IMG/VR virus record: IMGVR_UViG_3300014208_000023
Span: 364,321-428,320 of that record
Origin: a virus
Lineage: Duplodnaviria; Caudoviricetes
Strand: one strand, 5' to 3'
Length of the DNA stretch: 64,000 nucleotides
Shown here: positions 15,658-24,727 of the stretch, one piece after another
How positions within the stretch are numbered: position 1 is the first letter of the stretch
How the letters are laid out: each line of letters starts with the position of its first letter
Position numbers and translations under genes: made by a program
Notes under the pieces: generated by a model
Databases searched by the model: none
Told to the model about the DNA's origin: nothing
What the model saw: the letters and a program-made list of their open reading frames with translations, nothing else

Positions 15658-16549
15658 CTATACCTATCGTTTCATAATTGATGCCACTATCTCTATAGCT
15701 CCTATGCGAATTAGGAAGTTTCTCTAGGCTATGAAAGTAAGGGCAAATGTATTCTGTTTTTACTAACGTTGCAGACGTTGCTGAATCTATTACTGGAATT
15801 CCAGTAGCAACCTTAAGATAGTTCTTGAATAGACTAGATATTAGCTCTCTTTTTTCAGAGGAGAGACCCTTATCTTCAAGATAAAGCCTTTCTAATAGAA
15901 GCCTCATATAACCATCTTTATGTTTTACAATGCGTACTACCGCTCTTGCGGCCATTCCAGAGCCATACGTTATGGTTCTTCCGCGACGGAGCGTGTTGTC
16001 CGAAAGATAAATGATTCCGCAATATGGATCAAGTATTGATCCTGCTAAGCTGGCCGGATGACTGCTATGCCATGACATGCAAGAGGCAATCCCCCTCATG
16101 CTCATGGTCGCAATGTCCCAAGGATGGGCTGAAAATTCAACCTTCTTTCCTAGAAAGAAGTCCTTATCTTTTAGCTTTTCTTGTCTAGCAAGCTTAAACG
16201 CAGAAAATATATTATCTCTTTTGGTGCTTGAGACATATAACTCAATCGATCTAATTATTTGATAGATAATAGAGGACTGAATGGTCGTTTCATTCAGTGA
16301 CATTCCGCCATCAGGAAGGCCTATTTCATTAAATACTTTGACCACATCATTATATTTATTGACGAATAAGTATTTAACGAAATCAGGTAAATGAAGGCGC
16401 GCATCGAAACGATTAGTGTATCTATAATCGTCGTCGTAATGATTGCGCCTAGCATTAACGGGAGCCATGTCTTCCAGCTCAAAAGACTTGCTATAAAAGA
16501 TTTCGGATAATGAATAGGTTTTATTCTCGCTGGTGGCAATGTCTTTCAT
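15647..16549 (-). CDS. WDxxxMSMRGxxSCM family protein 1
   Basis: PWDIATMSMRGIASCMSWHSSHPASLAGSILDPY. Confidence 0.8.
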   Translation of the reverse strand: MKDIATSENKTYSLSEIFYSKSFELEDMAPVNARRNHYDDDYRYTNRFDARLHLPDFVKYLFVNKYNDVVKVFNEIGLPDGGMSLNETTIQSSIIYQIIRSIELYVSSTKRDNIFSAFKLARQEKLKDKDFFLGKKVEFSAHPWDIATMSMRGIASCMSWHSSHPASLAGSILDPYCGIIYLSDNTLRRGRTITYGSGMAARAVVRIVKHKDGYMRLLLERLYLEDKGLSSEKRELISSLFKNYLKVATGIPVIDSATSATLVKTEYICPYFHSLEKLPNSHRSYRDSGINYETIGIDDK

Positions 16550-16561
16550 TAAATGAAGACC

Positions 16562-16756
16562 TCAGCCTACCGATGCCTGAACCACAATTCCTTTTTCTAG
16601 CTCAATCTTGACGCGATTCATGTTCATCATCATGTCAGACATGAGAACCTCATCATCACGACGAGTTACCTGAACCTCAAAACCTTTTGTAGCTTCGTTA
16701 GCCGCCGATTCGGTCATACCGACAAGGGACTTAATCAAATCTTCTGATAGCATCAT
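16562..16756 (-). CDS. small protein resembling peptidase inhibitor I78 fold
   Basis: LVGM...VTRRDD...MMMNMNRVKIELEKGIVVQASVG pattern; family call tentative. Confidence 0.45.
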   Translation of the reverse strand: MMLSEDLIKSLVGMTESAANEATKGFEVQVTRRDDEVLMSDMMMNMNRVKIELEKGIVVQASVG

Positions 16757-16814
16757 AACCTCGAAATTAAGAATAAGAAATCCGGCCCATTCAAAAGAAT
16801 GGGCCGGGTTGGTG

Positions 16815-17012
16815 TCAGCGCAGAACGACGATCGCCAATAGGACGGTAAAGACCATAAGCGCAACCATCATGCCATACTTCCAGAGTAGAGCGCGAAGCT
16901 GAGCCTTGACGAGCTTGTAGAAAAGCTCCACAAGCCTACCGCCCCACAGCTTAACGAGTTTCCATACAAGTGCCAACATATTAGTAACCTTTCTTGAAAA
17001 GGCAAGGCTCAT
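16815..17012 (-). CDS. small membrane protein
   Basis: 65 aa, C-terminal TM helix. Confidence 0.6.
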   Translation of the reverse strand: MSLAFSRKVTNMLALVWKLVKLWGGRLVELFYKLVKAQLRALLWKYGMMVALMVFTVLLAIVVLR

Positions 17013-17040
17013 TTATAGTCCTGCCGCTATTGGTGATATA

Positions 17041-18075
17041 TCAGCCGCCAGCGCTCTTGGAGCGGCGGGCAGGAGGAGCAACAACTTCCTCCTCTTCTTC
17101 CTCAGAAGACTCGACAATGCGAGGCTTGCTGGCCTCCTCTGCCGGTAGAGCCTGAAGCGCTCCGGTTAGAACTGGAAGAAAGCTCTCCATGGCAGCGCCA
17201 ACGATCGCATTTCCAGCAACGGCCATACCGTTGATTCGGAACTCTTCCGAAAGCTTCTGAATGCGAGGGTCATCCTTAAGGCCCGGAGCATAATTGAGAC
17301 CAAAGCCAAGCAATAGCGCAATAAGGCTATCTCCAACTTCGCTATCAAGAACCTCCTTGAGCATGGTCATATGCTCGGACTTTCCGCCCTTGCTCTCGAA
17401 AAGCTTGACTACTCCGACCTTTACGCCGTTCGTAATCTGCGTGCCGGCGACTCGGTAAGCAGCTTCCTTCGCATCGCCCTTAACCATCTCAACGATCTTA
17501 TTTGACATTGTATTTTCCTTTGTTCGAGTTTTAGAGTCTAGAGAATTTTTGTGAAAGTGTAAGTTTGTATTAGAACTGCAAATGAATCTTCGCTTATCAA
17601 CGTTGGGAATATTAAGTTTTGCAATCTCATCCCTAACTGACTGGCCCATATCTTTCAGAAGATAGCCGTACTTATTATCATCAAGCATTATGATCGATGA
17701 ATGACCAAAGATATTTGTATTCACTACTGTAGCAAATAGCTTTTCATCTTTACTCACTTCATTGGATAATAGTCTAGAGTCAGGTATAAAATTAGATTCA
17801 TTGATAGTGAAACTAACTTTGGCTCCACACTTTACAATCTCGGACGGCGAGAATACTAAAGTAGGTCCGCCATCTATCTCATTTACTAGATGAGTAAATC
17901 GTATGGCTTTCCAATCTTTATTTTTGTTTCTCGTAATAACGAGCGATGACTTATACTTACCGTCAGTAAGTGACGTTACGCGAGAATTAATTTCGCCTAA
18001 AACATACTCGTCATCTAGCGAAATATATACTTGAAGAGGCAAAGGCCTTCTAGCATCACAACCGGTTTTGATCAT
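17041..18075 (-). CDS. AAYRV-domain family protein D (internal in-frame start at 17508)
   Basis: DAKEAAYRVAGTQI...LSEEFRINGMAVAGN; poly-Glu tail. Confidence 0.8.
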   Translation of the reverse strand: MIKTGCDARRPLPLQVYISLDDEYVLGEINSRVTSLTDGKYKSSLVITRNKNKDWKAIRFTHLVNEIDGGPTLVFSPSEIVKCGAKVSFTINESNFIPDSRLLSNEVSKDEKLFATVVNTNIFGHSSIIMLDDNKYGYLLKDMGQSVRDEIAKLNIPNVDKRRFICSSNTNLHFHKNSLDSKTRTKENTMSNKIVEMVKGDAKEAAYRVAGTQITNGVKVGVVKLFESKGGKSEHMTMLKEVLDSEVGDSLIALLLGFGLNYAPGLKDDPRIQKLSEEFRINGMAVAGNAIVGAAMESFLPVLTGALQALPAEEASKPRIVESSEEEEEEVVAPPARRSKSAGG

Positions 18076-18094
18076 CGCCGCCTCGCTTGTTTAG

Positions 18095-18123
18095 AAGATA
18101 GGTCGCCGGTCGCGCGGTGTCAA
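18095..18123 (-). promoter_or_regulatory. sigma70-type promoter
   Basis: TTGACA-17-TATCTT. Confidence 0.75.
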
Positions 18124-18289
18124 GGGCCAGGGCGACGAAGGCGCTATTCCCTGGCATTAGACGTACTCGCCGGCCAGTCATCGGTGCCGGCCTGCAAAAT
18201 AAACGCCTGAATTGAAGTTGCGAGGCTCGCTACGTCAAGAGATAGATTATCAAATAATATCGTTCTTGCGAAGAGAAACTAAAGAACGC

Positions 18290-18314
18290 TGACTGGCCTC
18301 CATTAGGCCAGTCA
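18290..18314. terminator. perfect 10-bp hairpin, probable terminator
   Basis: TGACTGGCCT-CCATT-AGGCCAGTCA at the end of an operon; U-tract weak. Confidence 0.5.
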
Positions 18315-18353
18315 ATGTATCATTTAGCCTCTTTCTCTCTTCAGGAGAGAGAT

Positions 18354-18497
18354 TCACTGCTTCTGCTCTAACTCAGAGAGATTTTCGGGCTCTGTAGTCT
18401 CATCTACGAGCTTCTTGTTAAAGACCTTGTTCTTTAGGTAAATCGCTCCAAGAACAAAACAACATAGAACTGAATAGCCGATCATTTTATCACGCAT
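18354..18497 (-). CDS. small membrane protein
   Basis: Likely start MRDKMIG overlapping upstream stop. Confidence 0.55.
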   Translation of the reverse strand: MRDKMIGYSVLCCFVLGAIYLKNKVFNKKLVDETTEPENLSELEQKQ

Positions 18498-18723
18498 TAC
18501 GAGCTCCTTTTCCAGCAGTTTTCTTGTCATTACAGTCCGCACAAATCCACTTCATGGGAGATTCAACGCGAACCGATACGGTGGCGAATCCTTCTTTGCG
18601 AGCGTTTTCAGACGCCTCTCCAGCATCGATTCCAGGCTTCTTTAGTTGAGCCCCGCAGTAATCGCAAAGGCAGGTCCAAGTATGAGTTTTCCAAGCCGGA
18701 GCATTAAATTGTCGAATTGCCAT
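18490..18723 (-). CDS. small Zn-finger protein
   Basis: CDYC...CADC. Confidence 0.7.
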   Translation of the reverse strand: MAIRQFNAPAWKTHTWTCLCDYCGAQLKKPGIDAGEASENARKEGFATVSVRVESPMKWICADCNDKKTAGKGARNA

Positions 18724-18889
18724 TTTGTTTTCCTTACCGAACTATATCTAGAACACACAATAGAACAAGAATTGATGTAGATGATAGAACCAATGCTGAA
18801 AATATATCAGCTAACTTTTTATCCGGCTCATTTCTGACGGCAAAAAAAGAAATAATTCCAATCCATATAACAATAAGTATCATACTACA

Positions 18890-19432
18890 CTATTTTGGTG
18901 AATCGCAAAGCGCACATTCTTTTTCTTTGTTATGAAAGGAATGGTCGCATGAACCTTGTAAAAACTTTATTGCCGCGATTCCAGCCTTATCTAGGGTATC
19001 TCCTTTGCCGAACTTATCAGCAAACTTCTCTAATGAGGTTAGGGCTTTGGACATCTTGCGACCCTTAACAATATCTCTAAAAATCGGTTCAAGATAGGAA
19101 CGATTATCAAGATAATATTGGACATATCCATTATTATAAATGATGGCAGGGCCGTCTTCTCTATGATACTGGCCATTCTGCATCCAATATTGGTTGCCTT
19201 CGGCAGTAATTACTGCTGGGCCACCTTCTCTATGTTGGCGACCTTTTAGCCACCACTCTTTAGAGCCGTTAGCATATTCCAACGCTGGCCCGTCTTCTCT
19301 ATGAAGTCTTCCGACTATCGAGTATTTGATTGTTCCGGCAGCATCTACCGTTCTAACTGGAACTATTGGAGCTTTGACTACTGGCTTCTCTTTTTTTGGT
19401 TTAAGAATTTTAGACATTAAGATTACTTTCAA
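18890..19432 (-). CDS. HREDGPA-repeat protein
   Basis: Three HREDGPA/HREGGPA units; C-terminal CDH...CALC. Confidence 0.8.
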   Translation of the reverse strand: MKVILMSKILKPKKEKPVVKAPIVPVRTVDAAGTIKYSIVGRLHREDGPALEYANGSKEWWLKGRQHREGGPAVITAEGNQYWMQNGQYHREDGPAIIYNNGYVQYYLDNRSYLEPIFRDIVKGRKMSKALTSLEKFADKFGKGDTLDKAGIAAIKFLQGSCDHSFHNKEKECALCDSPK

Positions 19433-19560
19433 ATAAGAATAAGAATAAGTATAGCAAAGATTGTTACCACATCACAAGTGTCGGATTCAGAGACGCCCCA
19501 CCAACGCGCTCTAGCCTTAGCCGACAAGGCCTTCCATCTAAAATGGAAGTTACCAACTGG

Positions 19561-21285
19561 TCACTTACCTAGCGTATTCTTGGCAACCCAAAGGCAGGCT
19601 ACTACGTTTAGCATTGCCCAGACACGCATAATAAGAGTACCAAAGACGAATTGAGACTCACCTAGCCAAGCGGTCTGCATTAGATATGCAGCAGTTCCAA
19701 TTGCCAGACCACCAGCAAGAGCCCGGAAAACTGGACGATGGAAACCAACGGCAACCAGAGAAAATGCCGGAAGAACGTTTGCGAGAGGAAGCCAGCTATG
19801 AAGGCTAGTATGCCAAACTAGATCCCACTCTCCAAGAGGACGAGAAAGAAGCTCTCCTAGCCAACGGAAGCTGCCCATGTAATTAAGGGCTCCGACGAAC
19901 GGAAGGAAGAATAGAGCGCCTACGGATGCCACGACTGCCGCAACTCCAGCCACAATCTGCGAGCGTCCGGCAAGTAGTGTCTTGTTATTCTTCTTTAGAA
20001 CCGTAAGAAGAACGAATGCAAAGAAAGCTAGGAATCCTACCCTATAGATGATGTGCTTCATAAAGACCGATGACGTAGCACTTTCTGCGTTTAGAATGCC
20101 GGCGCCGAACTTTGAGGCATCCTGTTTTTCAACTGCACTGCCCTGAAGGATTTCTAGAACCTTATCAGGATCAGTAACTCCCTGAGACATAATTAGCGCG
20201 GCGGCGGCACTAACATGAGGGGTAGCCATTGAGGTGCCATTGAACGGAGAGAACTGTCCCTGTCCCTTACCACCCTCTGAAATAGTCTGCTGAGTGACTG
20301 CAACTCCGGGAGCCGAAATAGCCACTTCCTTGCCCCTTGAAGAGAAGGTTGCAAGATTATCGCCCTGATCCGAAGCCGAGACGGCTACGCATCCCTTGTT
20401 TGCGGCGGGATAACCAACTGAACCGCCAGAATTACCAGCGGCACACGAAAGGAAAACTCCCTTACTGTGAGCATACTTTACTGCCTTGGCTACAACGGCA
20501 CTGTCCGCGCTTGAACCAAGCGAAAGACTGATGACGTTAGCTCCATGATCGGCAGCCCAAACAATGCCTTCTGCAACTCCGGCCATTGTCCCAGAGCCAG
20601 ATGCCGAAAGAACCTTCACTGGCATAAGCCGAACACAATGCGAAAGCCCGGCGACACCAATACCATTATTGGTAACTTGAGCAACCGTTCCGGCACAATG
20701 ACTTCCATGTCCCTGGTCGTCATGCGGTGGCTGACCTGGAGAAACGAAATTGTAACCAGGAACGAATGCTGCTTCCTTTAGATCCGAAAGGACCTTGAAC
20801 CCATTCGTCTCTTCTGCCGTAATGCCGGTATCAACTACCGCAACGGTAACTCCCTGTCCGCAAGAATACTTCCATGCAGTAGGGGCGCCAACACGTTCCA
20901 TGTGCCACTGATCCTTATACTGCGGATCATTTGGAGTATAAAGAGCGTGAGCCATAAGAAGAGGCTCTGCAACTTCAACCCTAGGATCGTGAGCCATACG
21001 AGAAAGAACCTGATTCTCCATCTGAGGATCTACCATAGCAACGGCGATGTTGCCAAGATGGTGAGATTCAGGCGAATTGTCTCGGATAACAATCCCATAA
21101 TCTTTACCAAGCTGCTCGATATCGGCAGCAGTAAGGTTGTCAGCAAGGTCAAGCTCCATCTGACCCGGAACAACATCTCCAACAACGGAAGTTGGATCAA
21201 CCTCTGTTGGAAGGAAGTTGCTCTTTGGTTCGCTACAACCAATAAAAGCCATAGCAAGCAGTGGCAGAATCATTTTCATGCGCAT
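19561..21285 (-). CDS. S8 subtilase with lipoprotein-type signal and C-terminal multi-TM domain
   Basis: VAVVDTG, DDQGHGSHCAG, AAGN, NGTSMATPHV triad; N-terminal AFIGC; several C-terminal TM helices. Confidence 0.92.
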   Translation of the reverse strand: MRMKMILPLLAMAFIGCSEPKSNFLPTEVDPTSVVGDVVPGQMELDLADNLTAADIEQLGKDYGIVIRDNSPESHHLGNIAVAMVDPQMENQVLSRMAHDPRVEVAEPLLMAHALYTPNDPQYKDQWHMERVGAPTAWKYSCGQGVTVAVVDTGITAEETNGFKVLSDLKEAAFVPGYNFVSPGQPPHDDQGHGSHCAGTVAQVTNNGIGVAGLSHCVRLMPVKVLSASGSGTMAGVAEGIVWAADHGANVISLSLGSSADSAVVAKAVKYAHSKGVFLSCAAGNSGGSVGYPAANKGCVAVSASDQGDNLATFSSRGKEVAISAPGVAVTQQTISEGGKGQGQFSPFNGTSMATPHVSAAAALIMSQGVTDPDKVLEILQGSAVEKQDASKFGAGILNAESATSSVFMKHIIYRVGFLAFFAFVLLTVLKKNNKTLLAGRSQIVAGVAAVVASVGALFFLPFVGALNYMGSFRWLGELLSRPLGEWDLVWHTSLHSWLPLANVLPAFSLVAVGFHRPVFRALAGGLAIGTAAYLMQTAWLGESQFVFGTLIMRVWAMLNVVACLWVAKNTLGK

Positions 21286-21300
21286 TTTTTTATTCCTTAA

Positions 21301-21486
21301 TCAAGAGGAGTAGATTGGATTGTGAATTTCAAGCTCAAGTTTTTCAGCATAACCACGCGCCATCATATATCGCGTGACAAATGATCCGCCTGAAAGAAAT
21401 CTAAAAGCAGCCTCATCTATATCTTTACCAGTTAAGCGGCAAAAAGAATCGGCTCTGCTCAATAGAAATTTTCCAATTGGAGACAT
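21301..21486 (-). CDS. hypothetical protein
   Basis: 61 aa. Confidence 0.55.
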   Translation of the reverse strand: MSPIGKFLLSRADSFCRLTGKDIDEAAFRFLSGGSFVTRYMMARGYAEKLELEIHNPIYSS

Positions 21487-21491
21487 TTTAA

Positions 21492-21734
21492 TTACGCCTT
21501 TGTCTTGCGGCGAGTTGCTTTTGTCGCTTGGCTGATGATTGTTAGAAGAGGACCCTTGACCTTTTTACGTTCCTCTTTTTGAGCATTAATTGCTTCGCCA
21601 GCCTTGTTGGCGAACCAATCCTTGGCGGTCTGGTCTCCTGCCGCAACTAGATCGCGAGCGAACTGTTTGAGAGTTAGGCCTTTACCGCCCTTTTTAAATA
21701 GAAGCTTGATTTTAGAACTTGATTTTGCAGCCAT
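21492..21734 (-). CDS. small basic (Lys/Ala-rich) protein
   Basis: 80 aa, AAGGA SD. Confidence 0.7.
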   Translation of the reverse strand: MAAKSSSKIKLLFKKGGKGLTLKQFARDLVAAGDQTAKDWFANKAGEAINAQKEERKKVKGPLLTIISQATKATRRKTKA

Positions 21735-21742
21735 GATATTCC

Positions 21743-22132
21743 TTATAGTTTTGTGAAATCGAGAGGTATTCTATTTCCTAGCCACATAGCTAGGTTGGAG
21801 TGTTCTTCTAAAGCATTACCAGTTAATGGGTGTATCAGAACACTGAGTTCTTTATGATTTAGAATTAACAGTTGAAACACTAGGCTTATTGATTCATAAC
21901 CAATTTGAATTTGGAACATTGGTTGCGTATGAGGACCTACTAGCTCATCATGCATGCTTCCAATTCTAACATTACCACCATCTATTGTGCCGTCATCAAT
22001 TAATGATGTGAAGTATTCTCGGAGTTCAGAAGCATACTTCTGATGCGGGCGGTATGGTTTATTCCACCACCCCGATGGGTGGCCATAATATATGTGGGCA
22101 TGGAATCCAGAAATATCTTCAATGCCTCTCAA
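21743..22132 (-). CDS. DOPA 4,5-dioxygenase family protein
   Basis: FHAHIYY, VGPHTQPMFQ, LSVLIHPLTG..LEEH...MWLG. Confidence 0.88.
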   Translation of the reverse strand: MRGIEDISGFHAHIYYGHPSGWWNKPYRPHQKYASELREYFTSLIDDGTIDGGNVRIGSMHDELVGPHTQPMFQIQIGYESISLVFQLLILNHKELSVLIHPLTGNALEEHSNLAMWLGNRIPLDFTKL

Positions 22133-22491
22133 TTTGGACCCAAGAAATGAAGGATATAGGCAATAACAAGAATGATTCCTGTTCTGGCTACCGTTTCTCC
22201 GGTAGTTACCGCCAAGTCTTCTAGGGCAGTAGAGTTCTCTCTTGCTGCGGGCTCTCTAATATGATCTCCATTGTTCTTATAAACATTCACAAGAACTAGG
22301 GCCGATAGAAGCACTCCGCCCATTGCTGTCCAAAATGGAAGTCGAGGAAGTCCAAACATCGGTATGATGAACCATTTCCAAAGTTTCATTAGAGCAAAGG
22401 CTCTGCATGGATATGGTATAGCGAATAGAAGAACGAAAAGTCCTGCTTTGCTAATTGTCCGAGACATACTTTTTAGATTTTCTTTTGTCAT
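22129..22491 (-). CDS. membrane protein
   Basis: 120 aa with 3 hydrophobic segments; ATG 5 nt after tRNA-like copy 8. Confidence 0.7.
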   Translation of the reverse strand: MTKENLKSMSRTISKAGLFVLLFAIPYPCRAFALMKLWKWFIIPMFGLPRLPFWTAMGGVLLSALVLVNVYKNNGDHIREPAARENSTALEDLAVTTGETVARTGIILVIAYILHFLGPN

Positions 22492-22496
22492 TTTAC

Positions 22497-22570
22497 TAGT
22501 GACCTGTCCAGGGATCGAGTCTGGATTACCTTACCGAAGTAAAGCGTTCTGAACATTAAACTAACAGGCC
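22497..22570 (-). ncRNA. tRNA-Glu-like UUCG RNA, copy 8
   Basis: Identical to copy 3 over 76 nt (22499-22574 vs 5767-5842); ends CTA instead of CCA. Confidence 0.85.
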
Positions 22571-22708
22571 GTAATGACACTTACTTATAGTGTCGAAGCG
22601 GTTTATTTTGACGTTAATAAACAAAACGTATAGACAACCAGGCTATAACTGAGGCATATTTCATTCCAATGATGCCAGCGGAATCTTCTTATCATGGGAT
22701 GGAAAGAA

Positions 22709-22754
22709 GCAAAGATGGAAGAAAAGCAGCATAGCCATGTGGTACTGCTTTTCC
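22709..22754 (-). terminator. hairpin after tRNA-Gly, possible terminator
   Basis: GAAAAGCAG/CTGCTTTTC 9-bp stem followed by pyrimidine-rich tract on minus strand. Confidence 0.4.
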
Positions 22755-22756
22755 AG

Positions 22757-22828
22757 AGCGGGCGGACGGACTCGAACCGACAACATTCTGGTTGGAAACC
22801 AGGAACTCTACCATTGAGTTACGCCCGC
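22757..22828 (-). tRNA. tRNA-Gly(UCC)
   Basis: GCGGGCG/CGCCCGC, U73, CCTGG TT TCC AA CCAGA, TTCGAGT. Confidence 0.9.
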
Positions 22829-22833
22829 GAATA

Positions 22834-23025
22834 TTACGATTTCCTTTTAAGGATCTCTTCTGAAGCGATATTACCAATCATATTGGAAAGAACCGAATTC
22901 GTTACTAGCACTCCGCTAATGTTGGTGGCGGCCGACATTAGCGCCTTGGCCATTTCCTTAAACTCTTCGGTAGCCTTCTTGCCATCTTCAGAAAGTTGGC
23001 CTGCATCATTATAAATCTGCTTCAT
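22834..23025 (-). CDS. hypothetical protein
   Basis: 63 aa. Confidence 0.6.
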   Translation of the reverse strand: MKQIYNDAGQLSEDGKKATEEFKEMAKALMSAATNISGVLVTNSVLSNMIGNIASEEILKRKS

Positions 23026-23366
23026 ACTGGTCTTTCGGTATTAAGAGTTTTAGAGCCTAAAGATACGAGCCCAATGCCATCAGCGTCTAGCTTAAAAGCT
23101 TCTATAGCAAAAGGAGGAATTTCTTCCCTACACATTATCCAGTTTTTGAATGTTGAACACGATAATGAAAACTTCATCAAAACAATAACCTGCCTATTAG
23201 TAATCTTTACATAGGCCTTGGCCGTTTCTGGATTATCAGAAACGTATGGGTTACGATCTAGCCGCATAGTTATTGCTCCTAGCAAAAGCTTATGGAAATA
23301 ATCCATGCTAGCAAATGGCCCATTAGGATTCGCGTTCAATATGTAGCTTTGATAAAGTCGCATCAT
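23022..23366 (-). CDS. hypothetical protein
   Basis: Start revised to ATG 23366, downstream of promoter. Confidence 0.65.
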   Translation of the reverse strand: MMRLYQSYILNANPNGPFASMDYFHKLLLGAITMRLDRNPYVSDNPETAKAYVKITNRQVIVLMKFSLSCSTFKNWIMCREEIPPFAIEAFKLDADGIGLVSLGSKTLNTERPV

Positions 23367-23382
23367 CGTCTCGTCTATACAT

Positions 23383-23411
23383 AACGTAAGTCGCGATCGG
23401 CGCGCTGTCAA
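23383..23411 (-). promoter_or_regulatory. sigma70-type promoter
   Basis: TTGACA-17-TACGTT. Confidence 0.75.
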
Positions 23412-23434
23412 GGGGCAAAACGCCACGGCTGAGC

Positions 23435-23704
23435 TTACGCTCGCTCAATTGGCAGTAGCGATATGTCTATTTTGCCAGATATATTGCTATCTGTTTTAAA
23501 ATAAATGATCGATCCTTTTACCTTAACCGAGGTGCAAAGAGACCCTCCTGCCATCCTAAACATTAGAGGCTCTATTAGAGAGGCCTCTTCTATCTTGAAG
23601 ATTTTGTCTTTATGATAGAAAGAGAGAACTCCTCTAGCCGAAGCCAATTCAGTCGCGGATAGCAGGTATGATTTTTTACCTGCCTCAGCTATAAAAAAGG
23701 GCAT
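23435..23704 (-). CDS. hypothetical protein
   Basis: 89 aa. Confidence 0.6.
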   Translation of the reverse strand: MPFFIAEAGKKSYLLSATELASARGVLSFYHKDKIFKIEEASLIEPLMFRMAGGSLCTSVKVKGSIIYFKTDSNISGKIDISLLPIERA

Positions 23705-23711
23705 ATCGTCT

Positions 23712-23891
23712 CTACTCGTGAATATCTACTTCAAATAGATTTCCATTAGAATCAGTTCCAATAACTGAAAACTTCAGGCCGGTACGATCGCGAAGCTCTC
23801 GTAGAACGGTCATCAAGGCTTTATAGGCCATTGACGACTTATCGCTGATCTTCTTCGTTTCAGACTTATCGAGATGCATTGCTGGTGTCAT
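23712..23891 (-). CDS. hypothetical protein (59 aa, below ORF-track cutoff)
   Basis: MTPAMHLDKSETKK...FEVDIHE with AAGGA SD; fills gap. Confidence 0.6.
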   Translation of the reverse strand: MTPAMHLDKSETKKISDKSSMAYKALMTVLRELRDRTGLKFSVIGTDSNGNLFEVDIHE

Positions 23892-23913
23892 GTTACTATT
23901 CCTTTATAGAAGG

Positions 23914-24432
23914 TTACGGATTAAAACGAGCAGAGTGTTGTTGGTGAGTTTCCCAATTTAATATATAACGAGAAGATTGTCTGCTTCCCTTAATAATCAA
24001 ACTGTTTTCAGCATTAGACTCATTGCCGGCTTTGGTGAAGTTCATAGAACCAGTAATGATTGTTTCGTAATCAATAATCATTATCTTGTTATGGGCAATT
24101 GAATGCTTGTCGTCAAGATAGATGGTTAGTCCTTTTTCGTGCAAAGGAAACATTAGTGAGTTTGGATTGCCTAGGTTTTCTCGATCCAGGATAATCTCTA
24201 CCTTTACTCCTCGCTCAAAAGCAGATGCTAGGGCTGCTCCGATTTGAGCGTTGGTAAAACTATATGCTTGAACTAAAACACTTTTACGTGCTAGATTAAT
24301 TTCTCTAACGACCGCTTCTGCCGCTCCGCCGTTAGGTGAAAAATTAACTTCCAATGATATCTCTTCTTTTGAAGAAGAGGGCGAGCAGGCATTACAAAAA
24401 AGAATTGCCAAAGCTAGAATGGTTTTTTTCAT
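23914..24432 (-). CDS. phospholipase D-family nuclease (single HKD, Nuc-like)
   Basis: FSPNGG, VQAYSFT, AHNKIMIID, ITGSMNFT, NAEN; signal/lipobox. Confidence 0.9.
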   Translation of the reverse strand: MKKTILALAILFCNACSPSSSKEEISLEVNFSPNGGAAEAVVREINLARKSVLVQAYSFTNAQIGAALASAFERGVKVEIILDRENLGNPNSLMFPLHEKGLTIYLDDKHSIAHNKIMIIDYETIITGSMNFTKAGNESNAENSLIIKGSRQSSRYILNWETHQQHSARFNP

Positions 24433-24629
24433 TAGATTAATTCAATTTGTTTGCCAGGCATCCAGATTCTAATTGTTATGATTGACAATATGGCAATCAC
24501 TAAAAGAATTACAAAATCACTTCTATATCCTAATTGGAGGATTAGTCTATGAATAGTAAATACGGCAGCCAGAGTAACTACGATACGAGAGGCGGCCCAA
24601 TGAATCCAGCACCATATATACCCTAACAT
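24432..24629 (-). CDS. small membrane protein
   Basis: 65 aa, two TM segments. Confidence 0.55.
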   Translation of the reverse strand: MLGYIWCWIHWAASRIVVTLAAVFTIHRLILQLGYRSDFVILLVIAILSIITIRIWMPGKQIELI

Positions 24630-24631
24630 CT

Positions 24632-24659
24632 AGCATAATCACTTTCCGCGTGGTGTCAA
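24632..24659 (-). promoter_or_regulatory. possible sigma70-type promoter
   Basis: TTGACA-16-TATGCT; very close to the next ATG. Confidence 0.45.
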
Positions 24660-24727
24660 GAGTCAAACTGAATTAGTTATAGGAAACGGATGTTCAGTAT
24701 AATTTCAGATGGCGAGGCATAAAGTGC

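Noticed and set aside
19475-19560. Hairpin-rich intergenic segment as another tRNA-like RNA
   Set aside because: It has TGTCGG/CCGACA and CTTCCAT/ATGGAAG stems but no T-arm or cloverleaf. It is more simply a terminator or processing region after the subtilase.
5561-22570. Calling the repeats ordinary tRNA-Arg(UCG)
   Set aside because: Forcing a 7-nt loop CT-TCG-GT leaves the stem with at most 1 Watson-Crick pair and terminal mismatches, whereas the 6-bp + TTCG fold is fully paired and covaries in copy 7.
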